Source: Clostridia bacterium
Lineage (GTDB): Bacteria; Bacillota; Clostridia; Christensenellales; UBA3700
NCBI GenBank assembly: GCA_029060025.1
Contig: JAIDUV010000024.1
Span: 32,786-96,785 of the forward strand
Direction of reading: 5' to 3'
Length of the DNA stretch: 64,000 bases
Shown piece by piece: positions 33,917 through 47,100 of this stretch. The number at the start of each line of letters is the position of its first letter. The first letter of the stretch is position 1. A program made the position numbers and the translations under genes. The notes below the pieces were generated by a model. The model had not been told where the DNA came from. It saw only the letters and a list, made by a program, of their open reading frames with translations, and did no database searches.

Positions 33917-36619
33917 TCACTTTTTCCAAAAAACTATACTTGTCATACTGCCGTATGACGGAGAGTATTTTATATCAACGCCGTAATTTGCAAATATATT
34001 CAATCCGTCATTTTTCAATGCGGCAATATAATCTTTTAAAAGCAAATTGTCGCAACGCACGTCCAGCGTAATATACGAACCCTGTCCCATAACGTTTCCT
34101 TTGGTACTTGCAACGTATCTCAGCAAGATTTCAAGTTCGGCTTTATTCTCGATTACCATATCGTAAATATTGCCGTCGTAGTTAAAAAACGTATTGGCAA
34201 AGACGTCGTACGGCGAGCCGCCAAAATATCCCGAATAATCACCCAGGTATATCTCGTAATGCGCTCCGCCTTTTTGATTGCCGCTTTGTTCGTCTGTCAT
34301 AAACAAGGTGTTGTGCTTTAGAACTTCTTGCGTTTGGGAACTACCTGCAAATTGATACTTTTCGTTTGCCCAAGTGCTGTCCAATACGTACCAATTGCCG
34401 TCAATACATACCTTATTCCAAGCGTGTTGAGCATAGACCTGATTGAGAAGTTCGCTTCCTTTGCCCGACGCCCCCTTTATCTTGTAACAAGGAATACCTT
34501 CAATTCCGCACAAAAGACTTACTGCCTTGGCGTATCCGTTGCATACGGCAAGTCCGTCTAAGATTGCGCCTTCAAGATACAACTCTCTATATGCGTAATA
34601 CTTGTTGTAAGAATCACTTGACGGCGAAGCCGCGTTGAGTTCGTCAGAAAGCGCCCAGTTGTACGTCACATAAGCCGACAGCCAGTCTGCAATTGCGTGT
34701 ACCTTTTGGAAGTCAGTCATTCCGTCGTCTATTATCGATCTCAATATCGTCTTTGCCTTTTCGTATACCGCTTGAGCGGGACTGCCCTGCTTGGGTATAG
34801 GTCGCACTCCGCGCTCCAGTGCGCGATACAACTCTTCGCTGTAAGTTACCTCCGCCGTCTCCTGCAAATTATTGAGGGCAAACTCGTCAAAATCAGCGCT
34901 TCGTCCAACACTCGAAAAGTGCGTGTCATTAAAAGGATTTTCCTTTACGGTAGGCGTTCGCACAACGCTACTTGGTATGCAAGTGGAGTATACTGTAAAA
35001 TGTACTTCATAAATATTGATATACCCGCCTTTGACTTGCCAACTGTCCTTAACTCCCTCATTAAAATACTCTACAGCCGCGCGAATATTTGTATCAAGTT
35101 GAGTAGCGTCACCGGCAAGTGAAGGATTGACGTAAATCCTCCACATCTTTTCAAACTTTGAATCCGTCGAAGGCGCCAAATCATTGTAATGTATCAAAGA
35201 GTAAAATACGAGGTCTTTGAGTTCGTCATAATCGTTGATAAAAGTATTGTAGCGCTTTCCGAGATACTCAAAACTATCTGTATAAGATAGGTATCTTTGA
35301 ATTGACGAATTGGAAATATCCACGTTGAGAGTCGCGCCTAGACTCGTCTCTCCTTTGCCGTCTATAAGTGCCGTCACCCTCACTTCGTCTCCGTATACTA
35401 TCTTGCCTGTAGCATTGAAATTATATCCGTCAAACAAAGCGGAATGGTCCTTGCTGCTGTATTCCTTATTCCCTATCTTGACGATAAATTCCTCCGCGTC
35501 GTCCCTTAGCATATCCCAACGCACAAAAATTTCGGGATAAGAAGTATCGTAATCAACCGCGACGTTTATAGGATAAGAATTTGCGCCCTTTACGTTGAGC
35601 CAAACTTCGCTCTTTCCGTGCGTAGTATATATCTCCAAAAGATGCATACCATACGAAAGTCCGCTCAACGATTTGTTGGCTGTCAGAGTAATTTTTGAAT
35701 CACTGGAACAAACGTAAGCCGACGAAAGCAGTCTTTTGCCGTCAATGCTCACGTCCTTGACATAATTTTTTGAGCCTTCGCTTGCGATCTCTCCATTATA
35801 TCCGAGATAAATATTGTAATTTATAGCCAAATTCAAAAGCGTGATTACGCCGTTGGTATTCTCACTATAGATAGTGGAATTTATCAGTCCGCCTTTAATG
35901 ACGTCCATTGGCAACTCGTCGACAAGTTGAACATTGATCTTATCTTCCCTGTCGTCATTGTATTGGACTTCAAATGACAGTCTTGCGCCCGCGCTGAACT
36001 TCTTGAAATATACGCTTTTTATCTTCAATGCATTGGCGTCTTGGTCATAACTCCAATCACCGTATTGACTCAACGTAAATCCGCTTACGCTCTTTATTCC
36101 GTTTTGGTTGGCAAGGATTATCGACAAATCGTCGTTGCTCTTTGCAAGATGATAATATACGCTTTTTAACTTACCTACGTTTCTTTTGACGCCTTCGCCG
36201 TCGTCAGGCGTGTCGGGATCGTGATAACCGTCGTCCGGATCTTGAAAATTCTCTTCCACAACAACGTCTATGATAAGCGTTTCTCTCTCAACTTTGTCAC
36301 CCTTAAATGCAAATAGTATTACAAAATGTTTTCCCGACTGAGCAAAATATCCGCCAAGTCTTCTGTGATTTTCCGCGCCGCTTATGTTGCTCTCGTTGTA
36401 AATCACGGTTCCGTCGGTATTTTCTCCAAAATAAACTATTAAAGTATACTTTTCTGCCCAATTGCATTTCCAATGTATTACGTTGCTTTGCTCAACATAT
36501 TCAAGTACGATTTTCCCGCCGTCTTGGCTGTCTCCGCCATTGCCGTCGCAAGCCGCCATAAAAATACAAAGCAGCAGCAAAATACATATCACGACTGTAA
36601 CGTACTTGTTTTTCCTCAT
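33917..36619 (-). CDS. Lipoprotein with a C-terminal transglutaminase-like cysteine protease core
   Basis: 900 aa. MAAC lipobox. The C-terminal CNGYAKAVSLLCGIEGIPCY...HAWNKVCIDGNWYVLDSTW matches a Cys-His-Asp transglutaminase core. Confidence 0.8.
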   Translation of the reverse strand: MRKNKYVTVVICILLLLCIFMAACDGNGGDSQDGGKIVLEYVEQSNVIHWKCNWAEKYTLIVYFGENTDGTVIYNESNISGAENHRRLGGYFAQSGKHFVILFAFKGDKVERETLIIDVVVEENFQDPDDGYHDPDTPDDGEGVKRNVGKLKSVYYHLAKSNDDLSIILANQNGIKSVSGFTLSQYGDWSYDQDANALKIKSVYFKKFSAGARLSFEVQYNDDREDKINVQLVDELPMDVIKGGLINSTIYSENTNGVITLLNLAINYNIYLGYNGEIASEGSKNYVKDVSIDGKRLLSSAYVCSSDSKITLTANKSLSGLSYGMHLLEIYTTHGKSEVWLNVKGANSYPINVAVDYDTSYPEIFVRWDMLRDDAEEFIVKIGNKEYSSKDHSALFDGYNFNATGKIVYGDEVRVTALIDGKGETSLGATLNVDISNSSIQRYLSYTDSFEYLGKRYNTFINDYDELKDLVFYSLIHYNDLAPSTDSKFEKMWRIYVNPSLAGDATQLDTNIRAAVEYFNEGVKDSWQVKGGYINIYEVHFTVYSTCIPSSVVRTPTVKENPFNDTHFSSVGRSADFDEFALNNLQETAEVTYSEELYRALERGVRPIPKQGSPAQAVYEKAKTILRSIIDDGMTDFQKVHAIADWLSAYVTYNWALSDELNAASPSSDSYNKYYAYRELYLEGAILDGLAVCNGYAKAVSLLCGIEGIPCYKIKGASGKGSELLNQVYAQHAWNKVCIDGNWYVLDSTWANEKYQFAGSSQTQEVLKHNTLFMTDEQSGNQKGGAHYEIYLGDYSGYFGGSPYDVFANTFFNYDGNIYDMVIENKAELEILLRYVASTKGNVMGQGSYITLDVRCDNLLLKDYIAALKNDGLNIFANYGVDIKYSPSYGSMTSIVFWKK

Positions 36620-36673
36620 ATAAGTATTATATCACATTAAACTGCGCTTTTCAACACCAATAAAATTATTCAT

Positions 36674-36703
36674 AAAAAAGAGCAAGTACATAAAACTTGC
36701 TCT
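36674..36703 (-). terminator. Terminator of the antiporter gene
   Basis: gagcaagt / acttgctc stem followed on the minus strand by TTTTTT. Confidence 0.75.
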
Positions 36704-36728
36704 TACAGTATCATTAAATACATATAGA

Positions 36729-38216
36729 CTAATCTGATTCTTCTTCGTCCAAATCGTCAGTGTTGTCTGCCGTCTGCGTCGTCTCCTCTGCAGATTGCGA
36801 CTCTGCTGCTTCAGCGCTATCTTGAACAGGCGCCTTACCGTTGGGCTCTGCCAAGTCCCCGTTGACTTCATTGGCAATACTGCCGTCTCCGCCGCTGACT
36901 GGTACAAGTTCGGGCAATTCCGTATGCGGGAACTTCTTATAGAGCATCTTGAGGAAAAGCGGAGTCAGAATTGAAGATACGATTATCAAAAGTATAATTG
37001 CAGGATAAAACTGCTCCGAGATAAGACCTTGAGCCTTGCCGGTGTTGGCAACGATAAGGCACACTTCGCCTCTAACCATCATTCCTATACCCACCTTGCA
37101 ACTCTCTTGCCAATTATACTTGCACGCTTTTGCTCCCAATCCGCATCCGACAAACTTTGATGCCATACCGAATATCACAAACGCCAGACAGAACAACAGT
37201 ATAAATACTACGCTGCTGCTTGTAAACATCTGTCCAATCTGATTATAGTTGAGAGATATACCTATGTTGGCAAAGAAAAGAGGCGAAAACATCATATAGG
37301 TGCTCATATCTATTCTTCGCTCTACGTAGTGACTCTCTTTCATATTGGCAATCATCATACCTGCAAGGAAAGAGCCTGTGATTGCCGCAACTCCAAAGAA
37401 AGCCTCCGCTATTGCCGCAAAGACAAAACACAGCGCCAAACTGAATATCGACAGACGTCTGGTATGAGGATTGTGCTCGCTCATTTTCTTGAATACCAAG
37501 TGCGCCAACGCGCCAAGACCTATTGCAACGGCAAAGAAAAGTATGACGTTGATCAACGTGATGAGGAAAGAGTTGGGATTGTCACTAAACAATTGCATAA
37601 ACGCTTTGCCCACGCTAAAACTAGTCGTATTGGCTGTGAAGATAGCAAGTATTACTATGCCTATTATGTCGTCTAGAATAGCGGCTGTGACTATAGACGC
37701 TCCGACCTTGCCGTGAAGCACGTTGAGTTCTTTGAGTACCGCAACGGTAATACCCACCGAAGTTGCCGTCAAAATTACGCCAAAGAAAAATCTTTGTTTG
37801 ATGATGTTGAGTTCTTGATTAAAAAGAGAGTTGGGCAATATCCAAGATATTACGAAACCTGTGAGAAGAGGTACTATGACGCCCAATACGGTAATTACTA
37901 TCGACGCTACGCCGTTCTTTTTGATTTCGCTGATATTTGTCTCCATACCGGCGGAAAACATAATGAGATTGACGCCTATATTTGCCAAAAGAACAATAAC
38001 GGAATCACTGCCTTTGACTAAAAAAAGTTCGGGGTTTATCTTGGACAAAACCAAATTGATAAGACCTATGAGCACGCCGGCAAGCAATGCGCCCAAGACT
38101 TGCGGAAGCCCTATTTTTTTCAAAAGAATTCCCAAAAATTTGGTAGCGATCAATATAATTGCTATCTCAAATAGAATCCAATATTGATTATTGATAATTT
38201 CAATCAATGTATCCAT
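36729..38216 (-). CDS. Cation:proton antiporter (CPA2/Kef-like) with an acidic C-terminal tail
   Basis: 495 aa; about 12 TM helices with a typical Na_H_Exchanger layout. The tail is rich in D/E/S/T. Confidence 0.82.
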   Translation of the reverse strand: MDTLIEIINNQYWILFEIAIILIATKFLGILLKKIGLPQVLGALLAGVLIGLINLVLSKINPELFLVKGSDSVIVLLANIGVNLIMFSAGMETNISEIKKNGVASIVITVLGVIVPLLTGFVISWILPNSLFNQELNIIKQRFFFGVILTATSVGITVAVLKELNVLHGKVGASIVTAAILDDIIGIVILAIFTANTTSFSVGKAFMQLFSDNPNSFLITLINVILFFAVAIGLGALAHLVFKKMSEHNPHTRRLSIFSLALCFVFAAIAEAFFGVAAITGSFLAGMMIANMKESHYVERRIDMSTYMMFSPLFFANIGISLNYNQIGQMFTSSSVVFILLFCLAFVIFGMASKFVGCGLGAKACKYNWQESCKVGIGMMVRGEVCLIVANTGKAQGLISEQFYPAIILLIIVSSILTPLFLKMLYKKFPHTELPELVPVSGGDGSIANEVNGDLAEPNGKAPVQDSAEAAESQSAEETTQTADNTDDLDEEESD

Positions 38217-38393
38217 ATCTGCAATCTCCTTTGTATAGCCCCCTTAAATCCAAATTATTATATGCCCTTTATTAAAGATAAGTCAACAGAATGATAAGGG
38301 TTTTTATGTAAAAAATACTGCCGTAAGGCAGTATGTGACTCACAAAACGCACCCACGCCAATACAACGTGGGCGAGATTGAAAACTCAAGAAA

Positions 38394-38618
38394 TTAGTCG
38401 AGATCGATTTTGTTGAGCAAATCTCTCAAATTGATGATTTCTTCTTTGCTCAAAGTGACTCCTTTTCCCATTTTTTCGCCATCGGGAGACCACTCTCTGA
38501 TATCGTACTTTGCCTCTTTTTGATTCCAACTGATAAGTTTGATTTCCTTTTTCCAGCCCTTGCTTGACTCCGACAAACTTCCGTAAGTCTCAACGACCTC
38601 ATACTTAAATTCCGGCAT
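38394..38618 (-). CDS. YdbC-like PC4-fold single-stranded DNA-binding protein
   Basis: 74 aa. FKYEVVETYGSLSESSKGWKKEIKLISWNQKEAKYDIREWSPDGEKMGKGVTLSKEE closely follows the YdbC family pattern as I recall it. Confidence 0.75.
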   Translation of the reverse strand: MPEFKYEVVETYGSLSESSKGWKKEIKLISWNQKEAKYDIREWSPDGEKMGKGVTLSKEEIINLRDLLNKIDLD

Positions 38619-38782
38619 AACGCCCTCCTAGAAAGTTTTATTTCTTTTGTTTTATTCTATCATACTACAGATATAATTACAATACTTTTTTTAAATTTTT
38701 TAATAATATTTTAAAAGTTATATTATAATATTTTATATCTATAATTATTATATTCTTTTATTTCAAAATTACTATTGCCCAT

Positions 38783-41839
<3,057 letters not shown>

Positions 41840-42034
41840 CTAATTCCTTTTTATATTTACTTAATCGTCGTATAAGTTCTGAATATGTATAATTTTACAA
41901 TCATACGGTATATTTGGACACATTATACTACATTATTATAGCATTATAAGTTAATTTACGCAAGATATAATTTAAAATTTGCTTATTAAAGTTTAAAAAC
42001 ACTTATTTTTTATTCGTTAGCGCATAATAATGAT

Positions 42035-42412
42035 ATGATATGGGCATTAAAAAAAGCATTTAGCGCGCTTGGCAATTTCTATTGGAAGATATTCGGCGGT
42101 ATATTTTTGGCAACGCTATGGGCAATTGTTGGCGTAATTCTATTGTTTTCCGTACTAGGCTTTCCTATTGCTATGGATTGCTTTAAAATTGCCTATCTCA
42201 ATTACAAGCCATTTGGCAAAAGGATAGTGCTTATTCCAAACAGAATTTTCGCATCAATCGTGTGGTTTGTCTCCATAGGCTGGATAATAGGAAGTATTTG
42301 CCTTTTTAACGCGCTGATTTCCTGCGCAACGGTTATTGGCTTGCCGCTTTTGAATCAATGGCTAAAAGTCTGCAAACTTGCATTTTTCCCATTTTGTAGC
42401 GTATGGGCGTAA
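42035..42412 (+). CDS. YccF-like (DUF307) inner membrane protein
   Basis: 125 aa with two internal repeats: ...GFPIAMDCFKIAYLNYKPFG... and ...IGLPLLNQWLKVCKLAFFPF.... Confidence 0.7.
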   Translation: MIWALKKAFSALGNFYWKIFGGIFLATLWAIVGVILLFSVLGFPIAMDCFKIAYLNYKPFGKRIVLIPNRIFASIVWFVSIGWIIGSICLFNALISCATVIGLPLLNQWLKVCKLAFFPFCSVWA

Positions 42413-42452
42413 TTTTTGTCACCTCAAGCGCAGTCGAAAGGTCTCAATTCAA

Positions 42453-43325
42453 TTATTCAGATTTGTTTTCTTCTTTGTCTTCCCCTTCTACTTGAGTCAA
42501 ATCGGCAGAGACTGCTTTTGCCGCCTTTTTGTCATTGACTTTCTTGATTAAAAACTTGACAAGCGCAATTGCGCTGTATTCTTCATTGTTGCCGACAAAT
42601 TCGGGATATTTTTTAATCTTTTTGTCATAGAACTTATTGTTGATAAAATAGAATGCCCAAAGTATAGCGCCAAGCAAAATGACTTCGACTATTATAGTGA
42701 TAACTCTCAACCATACTGCAACTTCTGTGCCGGCAGGTAATACGTACTTCAAGATTGTGCCATACAGCACGTATATAATAATCATACTGTCGTGATTTTT
42801 GTCTGCCAAATCTGGATAAATAATTCTCTTATAAACCAATACTGAGAATATGAACATAATGACTATTCCCACAATCGGTATCCAAATATCTTTGATACTG
42901 TATCTATCCGTATTGAAGATAATAACAAGTCCGGCAAACAACAATACTTCGTGTTGAATAATGCCCGACACCCAATTAAACGTATTTTCAGCATCTTCAT
43001 ATATCGGCGCAGGCGAAAAAATACCTGCAAGAACAAATGCTAAGCCGGATATGAAAGCACAAAGCCCCGCAAACGGACGCAATTTCTTTACGCCGACAGT
43101 CATAGTCGCGCCTAAAATAAAATAGGACATATGGGAAAACTCTATCGGATAATGGTGTATAGACCGTTCTATACCAAATTGTATTGATTTAAAAATAAGC
43201 AACGCAAACGACACTACAAACAGCGTAATCATACTTGCTTTACGGCTTTTTCTCAACAGCCAAGCGCACACAACCATCAGCGCCGCCATTGCTATAATGA
43301 TAATAGATATCCACCAGTATTTCAT
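42453..43325 (-). CDS. Hypothetical multi-pass membrane protein
   Basis: 290 aa, about 7 TM helices, charged C-terminal tail. Confidence 0.65.
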   Translation of the reverse strand: MKYWWISIIIIAMAALMVVCAWLLRKSRKASMITLFVVSFALLIFKSIQFGIERSIHHYPIEFSHMSYFILGATMTVGVKKLRPFAGLCAFISGLAFVLAGIFSPAPIYEDAENTFNWVSGIIQHEVLLFAGLVIIFNTDRYSIKDIWIPIVGIVIMFIFSVLVYKRIIYPDLADKNHDSMIIIYVLYGTILKYVLPAGTEVAVWLRVITIIVEVILLGAILWAFYFINNKFYDKKIKKYPEFVGNNEEYSAIALVKFLIKKVNDKKAAKAVSADLTQVEGEDKEENKSE

Positions 43326-43467
43326 TAAATCCTCCGGAAGTCTTTAACGACCTTAGTATTCTTTATCCAACACACATTCTCAATGTATAATGCAAATAAT
43401 TGCATAACTAATAAGTATTATAACTCTTTAGAGAATGAATGTCAATAAATTTTAACATTTGCGTATA

Positions 43468-44271
43468 TTAAATTAGGCGCATATCTTTAAACCTATACGT
43501 TACGTAATGAAAATATTCAATTAAATTAGAATCCTTTGTCGCAAGCAAAAAATGCAACTCATAATCTTGTTTGTTTTTGTGCAATTCAAACAACCTTATG
43601 CAAGTGTTGTACGGCTTGATTTCCTCCTCTAGTGTTTCAACTTCAGTCAATACGATAGTTTCTTTATGATCTAATTCTAAATACAGGTCTTTTCCCTTTT
43701 GGCTGACGTTTGTAATAATTGCTTCGTCAAACAATGCTTCAACCGAATAAATTTGAGAATGGTGTTCAAATTGTCTTTCTATAGTTAAACCCGCAACCGC
43801 CAACAACGAATCTTCAAGAGAGTTTTTCACAACTTTAAATGCCGCAATCTTTCTTTCCTCAGCATATTTCAATATAGACTTTCTTATTTGTTGATCTGCA
43901 TATCCCAAAGCAAGCAAGCGCTTATCTTTTACTTGTTTTAAAATTTCTTCGGGTAATGTTGATATAATTCTTAATCTATTTGTATATTGCGATAAAAAAT
44001 CTATTTCCGGTGTGTGTTTTGCTTTTTCCTCGGCATCTTCAAAAAAGTCGCTTAAAGACACAAACGTAGAGGGCAATACCATAAAACTCAATTGATTTTC
44101 TTTTTCTGTTACGTCAAGTTGAGTTTTTACAGTCTTAATATCGCGTTCAGCAACCCCTTCATAACCGCCATTTAGAAAAACTACTGGCATAATTCCGTTA
44201 TTTTTTGACAATGCTAGTATTATCTCGTTTAGTTCAACGTGCTTATAAAGTTCTTTAGTTAAAACTTTCAT
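43468..44271 (-). CDS. Hypothetical cytoplasmic protein (possibly DUF4085-like)
   Basis: 267-aa ORF, MKVLTKELYKHVELN.... My recollection of this family is weak. Confidence 0.6.
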   Translation of the reverse strand: MKVLTKELYKHVELNEIILALSKNNGIMPVVFLNGGYEGVAERDIKTVKTQLDVTEKENQLSFMVLPSTFVSLSDFFEDAEEKAKHTPEIDFLSQYTNRLRIISTLPEEILKQVKDKRLLALGYADQQIRKSILKYAEERKIAAFKVVKNSLEDSLLAVAGLTIERQFEHHSQIYSVEALFDEAIITNVSQKGKDLYLELDHKETIVLTEVETLEEEIKPYNTCIRLFELHKNKQDYELHFLLATKDSNLIEYFHYVTYRFKDMRLI

Positions 44272-44472
44272 TTTAAATTACCTCTTTTTTATTTTTTATA
44301 TTAAATTTTCCAATCGTCAATCACACTTATAATTGGCTTTCTTCTTTTGTTGGCATATTTGCAAGCCATATAATTAAATTTTTTCTATGCTGTCGGACAT
44401 TCATTTTACGGTGTCCAAAAAATGCGCAAAACTTCACTTTTACCCTCTCTATCATAAAATTTTGATTTTATT

Positions 44473-44556
44473 CGACAATATAAGCCGTTTATTGTCGGAT
44501 TAGCATTTTAAATATAATACCATAATTTTAACGACAATACAAACGTTTTATTGTCT
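44473..44556 (+). promoter_or_regulatory. Two copies of a GACAATA-N9/10-TATTGTC inverted repeat bracketing a TATAAT box (candidate operators)
   Basis: cgACAATAtaagccgttTATTGTcgg (44473-44498) and cgACAATAcaaacgtttTATTGTct (44532-44556), with TATAAT at about 44513, just upstream of the XRE gene. Confidence 0.6.
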
Positions 44557-44584
44557 ATGAAATTAAATTTGACGGTATTACTCT

Positions 44585-45049
44585 ATGGCTTTATCTAAAG
44601 ACTTTCAAAACAGATTTAAAGAACTCGCAGACGAATTGGCTCAAGGAAGCAAATCCAAAAGAGCCAAAATAATTGGTATAAGCAATACCACATATTCTAA
44701 TGCTTATAATTATGGTATCATTCCAAAGACTTCCTCCTTAATTAGAATTGCAGATTACTTCGACGTTTCCATAGAATACCTTATTGCTAATACAGATGAC
44801 GAGCATTTTGATAAATCACCTAACCCTACTCCATTCAAAGAACGCCTAGCCAAATTGCAAAAGGACAAGGATATTTCTACTGTCTATGAACTTTCTCAAT
44901 TGCTTCATATACATCGCAACAATATAGCGCAATGGAATAATCTAGGCTGCATACCGTTGATTGACGACTTAACAATAATTGCAGATTTTTTCAACGTATC
45001 TATTGACTACCTGCTTGGCAGAACGGACGACTCAACTTCTTATAAATAA
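44585..45049 (+). CDS. XRE-family regulator with two tandem HTH domains
   Basis: 154 aa. Two copies of the ...I(P/S)...L..IADYF.VSI(E/D)YL(I/L)..TDD pattern. Confidence 0.85.
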   Translation: MALSKDFQNRFKELADELAQGSKSKRAKIIGISNTTYSNAYNYGIIPKTSSLIRIADYFDVSIEYLIANTDDEHFDKSPNPTPFKERLAKLQKDKDISTVYELSQLLHIHRNNIAQWNNLGCIPLIDDLTIIADFFNVSIDYLLGRTDDSTSYK

Positions 45050-45109
45050 AAAGATGCCGTTCCCCTCACGAAGAACGACACCGCAGAATATACCGTTCAT
45101 CGCTTTGCT

Positions 45110-45207
45110 GTCAGGCAACCATTTCCCAAATGAGATTTGTGCGACTATAGAGTATAGTTCTACCAATACTATACTCATTCGGGAAAAATTTATTTAGTTT
45201 GCCTGAC
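45110..45207 (+). other. 98-nt extended imperfect hairpin followed by a T-run (complex terminator or small structured RNA)
   Basis: Pairs: gtcaggcaa/ttgcctgac, tttcccaaatgag/ctcattcgggaaa (11/13) and gagtatag/ctatactc, followed by TTTTT. Confidence 0.55.
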
Positions 45208-45284
45208 TTTTTCATTTTAGCAAAAAATATAATATATGTCAATAAAAAAGAACGCTCTCAATATTTTGAAAGCGTACTTAACAT

Positions 45285-45758
45285 TTATTTTCTATATTTA
45301 TTTAATATATCATTTGGGATATGGCAGTAATCATTAGGAAATCTTGTCAGTCTGTCTTGATGCTCGTCGGCGCTCCTTACGTAATTTGTCAATGGTAACA
45401 CCTCGACTTTTATAAGTTGAGCATCGTTTCTTTGAGAAATAAAGTTTTTTGCTATCTCCAAATGCTCTGTATTTGCGCTATAAATTCCTGTACGATATTT
45501 TTTACCTACGTCATTACCCTGCCTGTCGACACTGTATGGGTCTATTATCTCAAAAAAATAACCAATCAACTCTTTTAGAGAAACTTGAGCAGGGTCAAAT
45601 ACCGTCTTGACACATTCGGCATATCCGTCATAGTCCCCATCAAGAGTGTTTGTCATTCCGTTGGCTCGTCCTGCCTCTGTTGCAACAACTCCGGGTAGAC
45701 TTTTGATAAAATGCTGAACTCCCCACAAACACCCTCCGGCAAAATATACTGTTTCCAT
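45285..45758 (-). CDS. msrA: Peptide-methionine (S)-S-oxide reductase MsrA
   Basis: 157 aa; VYFAGGCLWGVQHFF-type active site (METVYFAGGCLWGVQHFIKSLPGV). Confidence 0.92.
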   Translation of the reverse strand: METVYFAGGCLWGVQHFIKSLPGVVATEAGRANGMTNTLDGDYDGYAECVKTVFDPAQVSLKELIGYFFEIIDPYSVDRQGNDVGKKYRTGIYSANTEHLEIAKNFISQRNDAQLIKVEVLPLTNYVRSADEHQDRLTRFPNDYCHIPNDILNKYRK

Positions 45759-45771
45759 TGATTAGCCTCCT

Positions 45772-45803
45772 AAAAAACGTCCTCTCAAAATTTTTGAGAG
45801 GAC
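45772..45803 (-). terminator. Terminator directly between tRNA-Thr and msrA
   Basis: gtcctctca...tgagaggac palindrome followed on the minus strand by TTTTTT. The msrA GGAGG lies only 1 nt after the T-run. Confidence 0.75.
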
Positions 45804-45809
45804 TTACAT

Positions 45810-45866
<57 letters not shown>

Positions 45867-45885
<19 letters not shown>

Positions 45886-46104
45886 ATATTCTGAACTTAT
45901 TTACCAACAAGAGCGTCCTTGAAGGACGTGCGCTCCCGACTGCAATCGACAGTCGTCTACTCTATTATGCCTTTCGCACTTGCAGTTCGCTTTGACTAAA
46001 AACAATTATCAATTGTTTTCTTTACGTCACGCGCCTGCTGAGCCATAGCAGCATATTCTAACTTATTTACTAATACATGCGTCCTTATGCCGACTGCAAT
46101 CGTC
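45867..46104 (-). repeat. ~167-bp-period tandem duplication of the tRNA-Thr 5' end plus its upstream region
   Basis: cctgctgagccatagcagcatattct(g)aacttatttac occurs at 45867 and again at 46034. Similarity continues, with indels, through ccgactgcaatcg. Confidence 0.85.
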
Positions 46105-46167
46105 AACATTCAACGCTGTCTTAGTTATTATAAATGAATATGCTGACTGTGTCAAATATTTTTGCAA

Positions 46168-47100
46168 TTAAATTTTAGGACGCGCACTTTTATTGACAGT
46201 AACTTTGCTTTTTACACGCAAATTTAGCGCCAAATATATCGCAAGCAATACGGCTATAGTGACGATTACCACGACGTACATCACCCAAGGCGCGACTTTG
46301 TTGTCAAAGAAATAATACTCGCAGTCAAAGCCTTTGCGAATTGCGTCAACTGCTTGAGCAGGAACGTCCTTGCTGATTTCGTCTAGTATACCGTTCATAT
46401 ACGCCTGACGGAATATCACTGTAGAATAGGTGCCGGGAATAAATCCCACGAAGTTTTGTATTCCCTTGCCCATTGCCGATATTGGCATATACGCTCCGCA
46501 TAAGAAACCGTACATCGACGACACCAAAGTGCAGACTCCGCTCAACGCGCCTTGCGAATTGATAAATACGCCAACAATTGATATAATCAAAGATCCCATA
46601 ATGACGGTCAAAAGCATATCTACGACGATAATCAAAACGTCAACGAAAGTCAAATACCATCCGACTATTGCCAAATATATCATACTGATGACTAGTACGA
46701 TAGTACATATAAGCAAAGTCGTGATAAAATTAGATACCGTGTAACTCAAACTCAAAGAAAACTTGCTTATCGGCGCAATCTCAAAGCCGCGCAACGTCTT
46801 TTTGAGTTTGTCATCAACACGCATATTGGAACAAAAAGCAATAGTAATGCACGAAGTCGTCATAATTGAAGAAAAAAGCCAACTACCCGTAAATGCGTTG
46901 ATAACTTTTTTGCTCAACTCAAACCCTTCGGGAAGCGAATTGACAAGCGAGTCTTCATACACTCCGCGCAGAAACAGTAAAAACAAAACTACCAATATCA
47001 GCGGCGTCATAAGCGAAAATACAAAAGTCAATCTGTCTTTAAAATACACTTTGATATTACGCCCCAACATATATCCGAATCTGCTTAATCTATCTTTCAT
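46168..47100 (-). CDS. ABC-2-type transporter permease
   Basis: 310 aa, 6 TM helices, overlaps the ATPase gene by 4 nt. Confidence 0.8.
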   Translation of the reverse strand: MKDRLSRFGYMLGRNIKVYFKDRLTFVFSLMTPLILVVLFLLFLRGVYEDSLVNSLPEGFELSKKVINAFTGSWLFSSIMTTSCITIAFCSNMRVDDKLKKTLRGFEIAPISKFSLSLSYTVSNFITTLLICTIVLVISMIYLAIVGWYLTFVDVLIIVVDMLLTVIMGSLIISIVGVFINSQGALSGVCTLVSSMYGFLCGAYMPISAMGKGIQNFVGFIPGTYSTVIFRQAYMNGILDEISKDVPAQAVDAIRKGFDCEYYFFDNKVAPWVMYVVVIVTIAVLLAIYLALNLRVKSKVTVNKSARPKI

